DNA of 52,742 nucleotides from Candidatus Methylacidiphilales bacterium. Its GTDB lineage: Bacteria; Verrucomicrobiota; Verrucomicrobiia; Methylacidiphilales; Verrucolacustridaceae. Below, piece by piece: positions 9,804 to 19,807 of this stretch. The stretch lies in assembly GCA_044351535.1 (NCBI GenBank), contig JBILFP010000001.1, forward strand, positions 1 through 52,742. Direction: 5' to 3'. A program made the translations under genes and the position numbers. The notes under the pieces were generated by a model, which ran no database searches, was not told the DNA's origin, and worked only from the letters and a program-made list of their open reading frames with translations. Each line of letters starts with the position of its first letter. Position 1 is the stretch's first letter.

Positions 9804-10123
9804 TTCTCGATTCTCACTCCCAGTTCCTCATCCACAACCCAAAGCTTTCGTAAACGTAAACATAATCGTAAACGAACACTTCCTATAGCCTGTAGCCTGT
9901 AGCCTGTAGTCTTTCTTCATCTTAAACTACCCGCCACCAGCGACCCGCTACCCGTTACACTTTTCTTAATCTTCATCTTCATCTTCATCCTAATCCTCAT
10001 CCCAAAAAGCCCTCCGACCTCAGGCCACCGTCTGCTGCCAATCTTGTTTCCGAATTCCGCATTCCGAAATCCGAATTAACAACTCCCATCTACGATCTTC
10101 GAAGAATTCTTCATCTTAAACTA
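9804..10123. repeat. Mosaic array of at least 6 different short tandem-repeat blocks
   Basis: (cgtaaa)n 9846-9875, (cctgtag)4 9882-9909, (ctacccg)n 9927-9958, (cttcat/cctaat)n 9965-10001, (attccga)n 10047-10077, (ctcccat/ctacgat) 10083-10102. Confidence 0.9.
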
Positions 10124-11305
10124 ACAAAACGGCCTGACCGCGTCCCGAATCCCTTCCCGGAACTTTTCCCATGTGAACTCCGCCGCCCTCCTTCGCGCGG
10201 CCTCTGCTCGCGAACGGAAAATGCCCGGCACCACCGACACCCGGCTGATCAAGGTTGCCAATGCCTCCACATTCCCAGCCGGTACCACAAACACTCCTTC
10301 CTTCTCCCCGCCCAGATCCGGCAGGGCACTGTGGCCGGTCCCGACGGCCGCACAGCCGTGGCCCATCGCCTCCAGATACACATGGCCGAATCCCTCGCAC
10401 AGGCTGGGCACCACCAAGGCATCAGCCTCCCGGTACAGGCGGTTTAGCTCCTCCCCGCTCACGGAATCCCTCCACACCACGCCCCTTTGGTCGGCTCCCA
10501 ACTCCCGCACCGCCCGGTCCTGGGCCACACACACCACCGTCAGCCTATCGCCCTCCTTTTTGACCGCCTGCCGCCAAGCCAACAGCAAGTGGTGCAGCCC
10601 CTTGCGGAGCGGGTTCCGACCCACAAACAGCAGCTTCAAAGGCCCTTTTCGCGCCACGCCTCCCTCCGCTGGGGGCAGCTTCACCCCATAGGGAACTACC
10701 CGGCAGATATCAGGCCGCATACCCGCCGCCACCAGGCTGTCCCGGGTGAAGGAGCTGGCGCACAACACCATGTCCGCCTGCCGCCAGGCATCGATAGTTC
10801 TTTTTCTCCAGGGGGACTCCGTCACCTTCGCCTGCCCGTAAAACTCCGGAAAGCGACGCTGGTCCTCTGCATAAATTTTGTCTTCCTGGTCCACATGGGG
10901 ATGGAAATGAAAAAGAATCTGTTTTCGTCCTCCTGCAAACCCATCGGCGGGCCGAGGCACCGCGTAAGGTTCGTAGGTAAATATGTTCGCTTTTCTTCGA
11001 CCGGCCTCTTTTTCAATCCATCTGGAAAGCAGCCGGTCCGTCAGATGGTTTTGCAGCTCGGGGTCTAGTATCACTTTTCCGGCGATTTGTGTGGCCGCCA
11101 TCAACCACCAAGATCCCGACACTCTTTTTCCCGGAAGTTCGGGATGGGTCCGCGAGGCCCGAAACAGCCCCATTTTTTTGAATATTTTGGCCTCCCCGTA
11201 GAAATCCGTCAGAAGGCGCCGTAAAAGCCCCGCTTTCTCCAACGCCGCGGCAATCTCGTAGCCGTCCCTTGCCCCGTAAAAACCGCAGACAAATCCGGTC
11301 TTCAA
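10121..11305 (-). CDS. Glycosyltransferase family 4
   Basis: LFVGRNPLRKGLHHLL, ADALVVPSLCEGFGHVYLEAMGHG. Confidence 0.9.
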   Translation of the reverse strand: MKTGFVCGFYGARDGYEIAAALEKAGLLRRLLTDFYGEAKIFKKMGLFRASRTHPELPGKRVSGSWWLMAATQIAGKVILDPELQNHLTDRLLSRWIEKEAGRRKANIFTYEPYAVPRPADGFAGGRKQILFHFHPHVDQEDKIYAEDQRRFPEFYGQAKVTESPWRKRTIDAWRQADMVLCASSFTRDSLVAAGMRPDICRVVPYGVKLPPAEGGVARKGPLKLLFVGRNPLRKGLHHLLLAWRQAVKKEGDRLTVVCVAQDRAVRELGADQRGVVWRDSVSGEELNRLYREADALVVPSLCEGFGHVYLEAMGHGCAAVGTGHSALPDLGGEKEGVFVVPAGNVEALATLISRVSVVPGIFRSRAEAARRRAAEFTWEKFREGIRDAVRPFC

Positions 11306-12570
11306 GGCCCCCTCCGCAGCGTCCGCTGAAACAGCGAGACTATCTTTCGGGTCATTTCCCGGGCGGAATTTTCCTCCAGGAACGGCTCCCTTTTCGTAGG
11401 TCCCTCCCCCCAGGTATCTGTGGCGAGGCTTTCCAAAGTTTCACCCAGGGATTTCAAGCAGGCTGGCTCCTGTGGACTCTGCTCAAACCGGATGCATCGG
11501 CACCAATTTAACTCGGCCAAATACTTGGCCGGCAGGCTTTGTTCGTGAAGAATAGCCAAAACCCGCGGGGCAACCGCCGCGCAAAGGAGCGCCTTGGAAG
11601 CCGTGTAGTCCGGCTGGGGAGAGCCCAACACCAGTGCGACATCCGCCTGACGGATTCCCTGAAGCACCTCAAAGTAAGAAGCGCGCTGGGGCTCTTCCTT
11701 CACCAAATCTCCCACTCCGTGGCTCTCCGCGATCGGCACCACTTGCCTTCTTCCCTTGCCGCCCGGGTCATAGCTGGTCCCCACAAGGACAAACCGCAGC
11801 TTCCCGGCCGCAGCAGGGTTTTTCTTTTTTAATTCCGCCGCCGCGGAAAAGAGGGCGTGCAGGGCCGGATGCAGGTCCGGGCCCCCACGTCCGGCGTAGA
11901 AAAGAATTCTTCCTTCCCCCTGTTTCGTAAAAAGCCTGTTCCGGAGGTTCAGGCCTTTGAGGATGTCCAAATCCCTGTAAGGAACCCCGAACGGGACGGC
12001 CTCCATCGGGATATCGCGGAGACGTGGATACCGTTCTTTTAGGGTCTCCAAATAGTGCCGACTGGTGGCAATGACTCCTGTCACCCGGGAAAACGCTTTT
12101 TTTTCGATCCATGCGTTCAGCAGGTTGGCCAGCCGGTACTTCCAATACCCGCCCGGTGCATTGTGCGTCTGGTAAGAGCCCCCTGGCACATGAATCGGAT
12201 CGTGTAGATCGATCACATAAGGCACACCCGTTTTCCGAAACCAGTACGGCCCATGAGCCATCACCGTGAAGGCAGTGGTGGAAAAAAAGACCAAATCATA
12301 TTTTTTTTCCCGTAGTAGTTGTAGAACCGTGCGCCTCCACGGCCAAAAAATGCGGTTGGAAAGATGCCCAAAACCTAATTTACGGCACCATTTTTCGTCC
12401 CAAGCCCAAAGGTGCCTCACCTCCGTGTCGGCTGGGACGGTCTTCAAAAGCATCGGATCCTTTTGATTAGGATTTTGTTCTGGTCTCATCGTCGCCACCG
12501 TTGCTTCCCAGCCCAGCTCCCTTAGGTAAGGCAACATCATCCGTGCCCGCGCCCCGTCAGCCATATTCAC
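11302..12570 (-). CDS. Glycosyltransferase family 4-like (true start probably upstream, see findings)
   Basis: YDLVFFSTT, GVPYVIDLHDP, FYAGRGG, FVLVGTSY. The reading frame continues upstream as KRVLIVCPNFAPVN. Confidence 0.75.
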   Translation of the reverse strand: MNMADGARARMMLPYLRELGWEATVATMRPEQNPNQKDPMLLKTVPADTEVRHLWAWDEKWCRKLGFGHLSNRIFWPWRRTVLQLLREKKYDLVFFSTTAFTVMAHGPYWFRKTGVPYVIDLHDPIHVPGGSYQTHNAPGGYWKYRLANLLNAWIEKKAFSRVTGVIATSRHYLETLKERYPRLRDIPMEAVPFGVPYRDLDILKGLNLRNRLFTKQGEGRILFYAGRGGPDLHPALHALFSAAAELKKKNPAAAGKLRFVLVGTSYDPGGKGRRQVVPIAESHGVGDLVKEEPQRASYFEVLQGIRQADVALVLGSPQPDYTASKALLCAAVAPRVLAILHEQSLPAKYLAELNWCRCIRFEQSPQEPACLKSLGETLESLATDTWGEGPTKREPFLEENSAREMTRKIVSLFQRTLRRGP

Positions 12571-12646
12571 CGGCGCGAAATTCGGGCAGACGATCAGGAC
12601 CCGCTTGCTTGCGGGACAACTCGCTTGGGAACTTATCTATGCTCCT

Positions 12647-13513
12647 TCATTTTCTATCCTTGGGGGAGGCCACCAAATGGCCCACCGCCTCTTCGCCCAG
12701 CGCCTCTGGTCGGTCGGTCTCCAGCCATTCGATTTGGTAACCCAGCCCCTCCAAAATCGCGGCACACTCCCGGGCCAGCGGCCCGGAGTGGTACTCCAGA
12801 AGAACCGTCGGACGTTTGGCCCTCAGGCTGGTCATCGCACCCTCCAGAAACATCCTCTCCGCCCCTTCCACATCCACTTTTACCAGATCCGGCAGGGGCA
12901 CCTCCCCCCGCTCCACCAAGGTGTCCAACCGGGCCAACCGCACTGGAAAACGGGCGCCGCTCTCCCGTTCGTGCTGGAAACTGCTCTTGGCCAGTTTGCC
13001 CATGGTGTCCTCCGCCATCAGCACAAACTCCGTCTCCCCGTCCCGGTCCCCCAGCGCCAGCGGATGGATCCGCAGCGGCAGGCCCGGATTCAACTTTTTT
13101 AGCTTCTCCAGCTTGGCGATGTTTTCCGGGTTGGGCTCAAAGCAGTGCACCACCCCCGCCCCGTTGACTCCCATCAGCCCGCTGAAGTAACCGCGGTAGG
13201 CCCCCACGTCCAGGCAAACAGTTCCGGGCCGGGTGGCCGTCGCCAGTCTTTCGGAAAACTCTTTTTCCCAGAGCCCGGTCCAGAACAGCTTGTCCTCCGG
13301 CAGTTTCAGGGGAAAGACCAGCCCCTTGGCGGGTCCTTCCTTCATTTTGAAATCCATCTCCCCTCGGAAGGCGGCCTGAAAAATCCGGCGCTGCAGGGGA
13401 CCCACCAGCGGGAGGTCTTTGATCTTGTTCCGAATTCCGTAGGGAATCAGGTGGATCAGTTGGGCCAACATGGCGTTGTTAGCGGGGTACCGCGCCATGT
13501 CGCGTTTGTCCAA
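12647..13513 (-). CDS. FkbM-family methyltransferase
   Basis: CLDVGAYRGYFS, HCFEPNP, PDLVKVDVEGAE. Confidence 0.9.
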   Translation of the reverse strand: MDKRDMARYPANNAMLAQLIHLIPYGIRNKIKDLPLVGPLQRRIFQAAFRGEMDFKMKEGPAKGLVFPLKLPEDKLFWTGLWEKEFSERLATATRPGTVCLDVGAYRGYFSGLMGVNGAGVVHCFEPNPENIAKLEKLKKLNPGLPLRIHPLALGDRDGETEFVLMAEDTMGKLAKSSFQHERESGARFPVRLARLDTLVERGEVPLPDLVKVDVEGAERMFLEGAMTSLRAKRPTVLLEYHSGPLARECAAILEGLGYQIEWLETDRPEALGEEAVGHLVASPKDRK

Positions 13514-14777
13514 TTGGTGCCATTACTTCCCTCACGGCTTCCACCAGCAGGGGCGCCTCGGTTTCCCAGCAAAGCTTCTCCCCTGCCTCCCACGCTGCCC
13601 GTCTCATTGCCGTCAACTGGCTTCGATCGCTGATCAGCCCCAGCAAAATCCCGCGCAGCTGGTTCACATCCCCGGCAGGGTAAAGCCGCATCGCACCCGG
13701 GGCGGAATCGGCCGCCTCCTTTTGGCCGGCCGTGTCGCTCGCCACCACCGCCAGGCCGGATTGCAGATACTGGAACACCTTGTTGGTGATCGTCAGATTC
13801 CGGCTGGCTGGGGTTTTCTGCTCACAAGCCAGCCCGATATCGTGTTCGGCAATCCGCGAAGGCAACTCGTCCGGCCCGACCAGCCGATGAATTTTCGTCC
13901 TTTGCCTCACCGCGTTTGGGCACGCCTGCTCCAGCCAAGGCCCGTACTTCCAAAGCCCTCCGCGCAGGTGCAGTTCCCAGTTTCCCTCGAGGCCAGCCAA
14001 GGCCTCAAAAACGCTCTCCAGCCCCCGCCCGGGTCCGATCGTCTGGGAAAACCAGTGGATGGCGACCGGTAGGTCCTCGGGCCGCTCTTCGGTGGGGTCA
14101 TTTCTTTTCAACCATGGGGCCATTTTGGGCCGGTCTTTCCACTGGCCGTCGATCTGTTGCCTGCATCGCCGGGGAAAGGTGTTCCGGATCACCAGGGGTT
14201 GGCTCGTGCCGTATCGCCCAGCCAGGGCCGTTGCCATGGCCTTGGAAGTGCACCAACAGGCCCTTGCCGATCGTAGCGCTGCTCTCTCCGCATCTTGGAG
14301 AACTTGCGTTAGCTTGGGGGTCCTACTTCCGGGCAACAGATCCTCCGAATACCAGTCTTCAAAGTCCACCGCCGCTTTGGGCAAATGCCCTGCCGCATGC
14401 CCCGCCAAGAGGGCCGGCTCGAGGTGAAGGATAGTGAAATCCGCCTCTTTCGCCGTCTTCAAGTGCCGATAGAGGTCGTAAAAAAGGGAGCCGTAACCTT
14501 GGATCTGCGGGCGGATGGCCCTTGGCCACAGTTGGGATGTCTTTTGCAGGATTCGGTGCCGCCACAAGGCCCAGGGCCGATTTCTCTGGTTGAGGAGCCG
14601 CACACGGCAGAACAGCGGATCTCGTTTAGGGATGGCTTGAGGGACGGGCAAAACGCTGGTCACAATCTCCACATCGAATCCGGCCAGGGAGAGCGCTTCA
14701 GCATCCTTGGGCACCCTTGGATTATTGGAAGGCTCAAGGTGGCTAAGAATTTGAACTCTTGGTGAAATTAGATTCAT
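13479..14777 (-). CDS. Glycosyltransferase family 4-like
   Basis: NPRVPKDAEAL, DFEDWYSED, WFSQTIGPGRGLE, NKVFQYLQSGLAVVASDT. Confidence 0.8.
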   Translation of the reverse strand: MNLISPRVQILSHLEPSNNPRVPKDAEALSLAGFDVEIVTSVLPVPQAIPKRDPLFCRVRLLNQRNRPWALWRHRILQKTSQLWPRAIRPQIQGYGSLFYDLYRHLKTAKEADFTILHLEPALLAGHAAGHLPKAAVDFEDWYSEDLLPGSRTPKLTQVLQDAERAALRSARACWCTSKAMATALAGRYGTSQPLVIRNTFPRRCRQQIDGQWKDRPKMAPWLKRNDPTEERPEDLPVAIHWFSQTIGPGRGLESVFEALAGLEGNWELHLRGGLWKYGPWLEQACPNAVRQRTKIHRLVGPDELPSRIAEHDIGLACEQKTPASRNLTITNKVFQYLQSGLAVVASDTAGQKEAADSAPGAMRLYPAGDVNQLRGILLGLISDRSQLTAMRRAAWEAGEKLCWETEAPLLVEAVREVMAPIGQTRHGAVPR

Positions 14778-14807
14778 TATTGTGGTAAAAGATCCAATTT
14801 TCTACCG

Positions 14808-15755
14808 TCACCGACCCACCGCGCGCTGGAGCCGGCGTGCCAGTTTCCAACCGATCCATGGCCGCAACATCTGAAAATACCTCCCGCCTGAGGGCTCGAT
14901 TTGCGCGCCCCCGCACTCCTCCACCCGTCTCCTTAAGCGCTCCCGCAAGTCAGGGTGCTTCGGATACAGGTCGTAAATCAAGTGCTGGCAAACGTTCGCA
15001 CAGGCCAACCTGGCTTCGGCATCCTGCCGCTTCCTTAGGATATGTCCTGTACCCAGCAGCAGGGACTCGCACTCCGACTCCCTCGCCTGCCGACTTTTTT
15101 GTGTGCTCAAGGAGTTCTGGATTGCCGACCGGTAATAAAGGGTCGTTTCCGGCACAAACAGGATCTCCTTCGCCTCGCAAAAAAGGCGGCAGAAATATTC
15201 GAAGTCATCGATCAGCGTCAGCTCTTCGTTCCAAGGCCCGGCTTTTTCAGCGAGAGACTTGGGGATCAGGAACATTCCCGCCTGCATCATTGGCTGGGCG
15301 TCTCTGATCGCTTTCACCAACCACTCCACTCCGCCCATATCGCGCCACACGCTCTGCGGGTTGGGGCGGAAGGTCTTTATATCATCGTTATAAAACCTTC
15401 CCCATTCGGACATCGCCACGGCATCCTGTCTCCCCGCCAGCCTTCCCACCTGCCTCTCCACCATCTCCGGTGAAAGAATGTCATCCGCATCAAAGAACTT
15501 CACATACTCCCCCTTGGCCTCCCGAAACGCTCGGTTCCTTGCCCTGCTGGCGTTTCCACACTTTTCCGTCACCACCTTCACCCCCTTCGCCTTGCACCTT
15601 TCCAGAACCTCTCCACTTCGGTCGGTCGAGCCGTCATTCACCACGATCAGTTCGATGTTCTTGTACGTCTGGTACAGGACCGACTCAATCGCCGCCCCCA
15701 CGTACTTCTCCGCGTTGTGACAAGGCATGCATACGGAGACGAGGGGTTGGCTCAA
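14808..15755 (-). CDS. Glycosyltransferase family 2
   Basis: PLVSVCMPCHNAEKY...IVVNDGSTD...ARN...FFDADD. Start set at TTG 15755 (TTGA overlap). Confidence 0.9.
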   Translation of the reverse strand: MSQPLVSVCMPCHNAEKYVGAAIESVLYQTYKNIELIVVNDGSTDRSGEVLERCKAKGVKVVTEKCGNASRARNRAFREAKGEYVKFFDADDILSPEMVERQVGRLAGRQDAVAMSEWGRFYNDDIKTFRPNPQSVWRDMGGVEWLVKAIRDAQPMMQAGMFLIPKSLAEKAGPWNEELTLIDDFEYFCRLFCEAKEILFVPETTLYYRSAIQNSLSTQKSRQARESECESLLLGTGHILRKRQDAEARLACANVCQHLIYDLYPKHPDLRERLRRRVEECGGAQIEPSGGRYFQMLRPWIGWKLARRLQRAVGR

Positions 15756-16711
15756 ACTCCGGCCAGCTCCAGCGCCTTTTTCCATCCTTGTCCGAAGTAC
15801 CACGGCTTGCTGTCCGCCACATAGTGGCCGCACACAGGCAACGGTTCATTACTTTTAGGATTGTGGGGGTAAACCTTGTATTTCTCTCCGTCCATTTTGT
15901 TGAATTCTTTTCCGGCCAAAATCATCGCAAAGGTTCCTTGGGTAATGTTGTAGGCTTTTCCATGGTGCTGCTCCAGCTCTCCAACCCAGTGCTCCACCTT
16001 TTCCCAATCTATGAATTTTCCGCTGAAATTCAGAATCCCGATGTTGATCGCCTCGGGGAGCTTAGCGCCGGCAAGGCTTTCCATGAAGGAGCGGGGATAA
16101 CCGTACGATTCCCAGCAGTCCTTCTGGCTGAAGATTCCCGGAGTCTCACTTATGAGATCCTCTAATTCTTTTGGACGAGAGAAGAAAAGTATGTCGGAAT
16201 CGAGCAAAAGGCGCCACTCCTTTGAACGTCCGTATACATCAGTTAGCTTCCGGAAAAGAATTTGCCTGTCTCTCCAATTATGCAGATTCGGATAATTCTT
16301 CGCTGGAAACATCTGGCTAAAAACGAGATCGCATTCCCCTTTCTCCCAAAGCTCAAAATTGGGAAAGGTTTTTGATAGATTGTTTCGGGCTTCACCATCA
16401 AAACTGCCGTCATCCACGATCACGGGGGCAATCCTGAAGCGGGCGTGCCTCTGAAGAGTCCATGCGCAAAAAGCGGTTTGATACCAATGTTTTTTCCCGG
16501 AAAGAAACCATACTTTATGGATGGCTCCTTTGTTTTGAATATCGGGGGCCGTTAACCTTTTTGCTGCCTCTTCCATCTGCTTTTCCCATTCGGGTGTTCG
16601 GCAGTAAGCCCTGGGACCCCATCGAACCATTCTTTGAAACTCAGCCTTGGGTTTACGATAAAACGCAGTTTTTAAGAAACCTAAAGATCTTTTGAGGCCC
16701 TTGGGTATCAT
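15752..16711 (-). CDS. Putative GT-A-fold nucleotide-sugar transferase
   Basis: IVDDGS, RKLTD, LLLDSDILFF (DxD), INIGI. Start at ATG 16711 (ATGA overlap). Confidence 0.6.
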   Translation of the reverse strand: MIPKGLKRSLGFLKTAFYRKPKAEFQRMVRWGPRAYCRTPEWEKQMEEAAKRLTAPDIQNKGAIHKVWFLSGKKHWYQTAFCAWTLQRHARFRIAPVIVDDGSFDGEARNNLSKTFPNFELWEKGECDLVFSQMFPAKNYPNLHNWRDRQILFRKLTDVYGRSKEWRLLLDSDILFFSRPKELEDLISETPGIFSQKDCWESYGYPRSFMESLAGAKLPEAINIGILNFSGKFIDWEKVEHWVGELEQHHGKAYNITQGTFAMILAGKEFNKMDGEKYKVYPHNPKSNEPLPVCGHYVADSKPWYFGQGWKKALELAGV

Positions 16712-17769
16712 CGCCAAATGTCGGCTCGGCCGAGGAACTGTCCACTTGAGTTTGCGAACCTCAATATTCTTTGTTCTCCCTTCCACGGCTTGTCCCGCCA
16801 CCAGGCACGTGCCACCCGTAACGGCACGGTCCAACTGGCAATTGGAGCCCACGGTTGAATCCCATGCTGATCCAACATCACAACGAAGCTTCTCATGGAG
16901 TCCCTCGCCATCCGGTTCTGGTACTCCAGAGTCATTCTCTCCTTGGGAATCAGGTGCGTCAGCTCCAACTCCGGGAAATAACCCACCCCCCAGCCGTGCT
17001 CCAGGGCCGTCAGGCAGATGTCGTTGTCCCCGCCCGAGGCCAGGCTCTTTCCCTTCCGATCCGTCACAACCGTATCCCTTCTCTTCAAAGCCTCCACATA
17101 CTCCAACGCCGCTTCCCTCCGGATCACCATCCCCGCCCCAATCGGCGCACACTCTGGAAACTCCGTCACTTTGATCTTTCTTCCCGCTTGCCCCCTCCCG
17201 CCTTCCACTAGCGGTCGCCTCTCATCCGGATACACAATCTTTGAATCTCCAAGATCCCTCAACCCCAGCCCGGAGCTCCTCCCCTTCAACCACTCCGGCG
17301 GCTCGATCTCAAACTCCGGCAACGCCTTTCCCCCAATCGCTCCCAGTTGCGGATTTTTCTTTAGGATCTTGATCGCCCGCTCCAAATAGTCCGGCTTCAG
17401 CACATTGTCATCATCCACCATCACCATAATTTCCCCCTTCGCCTCTTGAAACCCCCTCACCCTCGCATGCGTCAGCCCCAACTTATCCTCGCGTACGACG
17501 CGTGCGCTCGGGGTAGATGGCAGATCTAAGATCGCAGATGGGGTTTTTTCCGCTTTCCGCTTTCCGCTTTCCGCTTTTCCTAATCGATCCCTTACAATAT
17601 CCGATATGCTATATCCGATATCCTCAGACTTGTTGTCTACAACGACAACTTCCCACTTCGAACGATCCAACGTCTGTCCCACTAATGCTTGTATAACTCT
17701 GTTTAGATACTCCCGCCTCGGGTTGTGAGTTGGAATAATTACACTAATCAACAAGTTATTTTTTCTCAA
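16708..17769 (-). CDS. Glycosyltransferase family 2 with a large repeat-derived insert
   Basis: ISVIIPTHNPR, VVVDNKS, GLTHAR..G, VMVDDDNVL, SGGDND. Inserts at 17513-17623 and about 17178-17210. Confidence 0.9.
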   Translation of the reverse strand: MRKNNLLISVIIPTHNPRREYLNRVIQALVGQTLDRSKWEVVVVDNKSEDIGYSISDIVRDRLGKAESGKRKAEKTPSAILDLPSTPSARVVREDKLGLTHARVRGFQEAKGEIMVMVDDDNVLKPDYLERAIKILKKNPQLGAIGGKALPEFEIEPPEWLKGRSSGLGLRDLGDSKIVYPDERRPLVEGGRGQAGRKIKVTEFPECAPIGAGMVIRREAALEYVEALKRRDTVVTDRKGKSLASGGDNDICLTALEHGWGVGYFPELELTHLIPKERMTLEYQNRMARDSMRSFVVMLDQHGIQPWAPIASWTVPLRVARAWWRDKPWKGEQRILRFANSSGQFLGRADIWR

Positions 17770-17802
17770 AGGTTTTGGACACCTGCGGAACGAGTTTTTT
17801 GC

Positions 17803-18747
17803 CTACTTAGGGTTTAGGATTTGGATTACTTTTTGAACTTCTAGTTTTCTTGAGGGGTTTTGTGGTACGGCAATTAAGTTATAGAATTTTGCATCTGAAA
17901 AGGTCTCTTGTTCTGAAGAACATCTTGGAAGATCTTCTTGTTTAGGGTCATTAGAATATTTTGGAATGAGCCAAAGATGATGGGTTCCGTTAGTGAACCA
18001 TTGCAGGATCTGCTGGGGAGTCGCTCGAAACTTTTTCAAAGCCATCGGGTTTATCTCCACAATCCATAGAGGGCCGTTCACCCCAAACCACGTTGGTGGA
18101 CAGCCCCGCATGGCCATCTCTTCGGCCCCTTCGATATCCATTTTGATCAAATCCGGTTGACTTAAAAAGGGGTAGCTTTGAACCATTTCTTCAAGGCGCC
18201 TCAACGGTACTTTTACCAATCGAGAGGAGGCTTCTAGTTTTGTCCTGTCGGAAAGCAGTGATTGTTCGCTTGTGTGAGTCCCTGGCTTACTCAGGACAAA
18301 AGTAGCCTCTCCATTTCTATCTCCGGCGGCGATGCACTCAATCCACAGGCATTTTGCCTGCAGAAGTTCTTTTCCCAGCTCTAATTTTTCCGTAAGGCTG
18401 GGTGAAGCCTCGACAGCAAAAACGCCTCCTTCATCTCCTACTTTTTTGGCGGCTATTAGCGCGTACAGTCCAATGTTCGCTCCAACATCCACCATAACAT
18501 CCCCCTTACGTAGCCATGTTTCAACAATTTTCGTTTCCTTCTCGTCGATTTTGCGGTGAAGAAAAAGATCCTCGGAATCAGCCAGGCCCGGCACGCAAAA
18601 GAAATCCCGTCCCTTTAACTTATAACGGAACGCTGAGCCTTTTCCTTTTCGAATGCGAAGTTTTCTAGAAGTGATAACGCAGTGCACCCAAAACTGCCGC
18701 CAACTTCCACGAATCACCAGATTCCACGCGGTTTTTATTTTACTCAC
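17803..18747 (-). CDS. FkbM-family methyltransferase
   Basis: MVDVGANIGLY, FAVEASP, PDLIKMDIEGAE. Confidence 0.9.
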   Translation of the reverse strand: MSKIKTAWNLVIRGSWRQFWVHCVITSRKLRIRKGKGSAFRYKLKGRDFFCVPGLADSEDLFLHRKIDEKETKIVETWLRKGDVMVDVGANIGLYALIAAKKVGDEGGVFAVEASPSLTEKLELGKELLQAKCLWIECIAAGDRNGEATFVLSKPGTHTSEQSLLSDRTKLEASSRLVKVPLRRLEEMVQSYPFLSQPDLIKMDIEGAEEMAMRGCPPTWFGVNGPLWIVEINPMALKKFRATPQQILQWFTNGTHHLWLIPKYSNDPKQEDLPRCSSEQETFSDAKFYNLIAVPQNPSRKLEVQKVIQILNPK

Positions 18748-19771
18748 TTTTTACGCTACCCGCGGGCCGGTCGTGAGACAGCAAGTCCTGAATTTTTTTT
18801 CCTTGTGGCAACGTGCGGCAGGTCTGGTAGCGAGGCCGCTGCCATTTCCGCAAAATCCATCCTGCCGCCACCGGCCCTAGGATCCTGGCCAACATTTGGA
18901 ATCCCTTTCCTCCCAGCTTTTCCAGGTCACCTAGGGGGGCCTGCCGCCAGATTTCCAGTTTCCTTCTGCGGTATTTGGCGTCCACATCGTGTGGCAACGT
19001 CCGCCAAGAAACGAATGTCACCTCGCCCACCACCCTCCGCGCCGTCTCCGTCTCCGGCGTCTTTGGACAGGCCCGGAAAAACTCCTCCTCAATCAGCAGG
19101 GAGGCGGCTCCCAGCTTCTCCCAACACAGGCTGTATCGGTGCTCTTCATGCGGCCCGATGGCAGTGAACGCCCCTTCCACCTTCTTCACCTTGGCAGGAT
19201 GCAGGATCAGGTTCCGGTACAGCCAGATGTCCCCGGATGGATCAAACGCCCTTTTTTGGGGAACCACAGGTTTCACCAGGGCCTTTTGCAGGTATTCTCG
19301 GCGGTAAATCGGCCCGTGTGGGGCCGGTTGAATCCTCCCAAACAGCTCCACCGAATCTTCCGTTGGGCTTACCTTGGGGCCGGCGGAAAAGGTCGCTTCA
19401 TATTTTTCCCCCAGCCGTGCCTCGGCCATGTCGCTGTAACTCACCTCCGCCCCGCTCTCCTTCATCGCCTCGGTCTGAACCCGGATTTTGTCCAGATGGA
19501 TCAGGTCGTCGGAATCCAGGAACAGCACATATTCCCCCTGCGCCACTGCCAGCCCGGTCATCCGGGCCACGATCGATCCCTGGTTTTTCTGCCGCAGGAA
19601 CCTCACCGGATGCCCCGCCTCAAAGCCCTGGAGCTGTTCCTCCAGCGGGGGCTCCGAGCCGTCATCCACCACCAGGATCTCCCCCCCGCCCCAGACCTCA
19701 CGCAACGCCCGGGCCGCGCTCCTCAGCGTGTACTTCAGTGGCTCCACCCGGCCGTATGCCGGGATCACCAC
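18740..19771 (-). CDS. Glycosyltransferase family 2 (start may be CTG at 19789)
   Basis: SVVIPAYG, ILVVDDGS, NQGSIVARMTG, YVLFLDSDD. Confidence 0.85.
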   Translation of the reverse strand: MVIPAYGRVEPLKYTLRSAARALREVWGGGEILVVDDGSEPPLEEQLQGFEAGHPVRFLRQKNQGSIVARMTGLAVAQGEYVLFLDSDDLIHLDKIRVQTEAMKESGAEVSYSDMAEARLGEKYEATFSAGPKVSPTEDSVELFGRIQPAPHGPIYRREYLQKALVKPVVPQKRAFDPSGDIWLYRNLILHPAKVKKVEGAFTAIGPHEEHRYSLCWEKLGAASLLIEEEFFRACPKTPETETARRVVGEVTFVSWRTLPHDVDAKYRRRKLEIWRQAPLGDLEKLGGKGFQMLARILGPVAAGWILRKWQRPRYQTCRTLPQGKKIQDLLSHDRPAGSVKSE

Positions 19772-19807
19772 GCTGGTTTCGCTGCTCAGCTCCGTCTCCT
19801 ACTCAGA

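Noticed and set aside
9804-10120. CRISPR array interpretation of the repeat/spacer-like mosaics (also 19808-20152)
   Set aside because: The blocks differ from each other, are internally periodic and irregularly spaced, and no cas genes are present
16712-17152. N-terminal extensions in the ORF track (also 33727-33912, 46592-47008, 5410-5508, 41291-41383)
   Set aside because: They overlap neighbouring genes or repeats. Downstream starts with stop/start overlaps or promoters fit better
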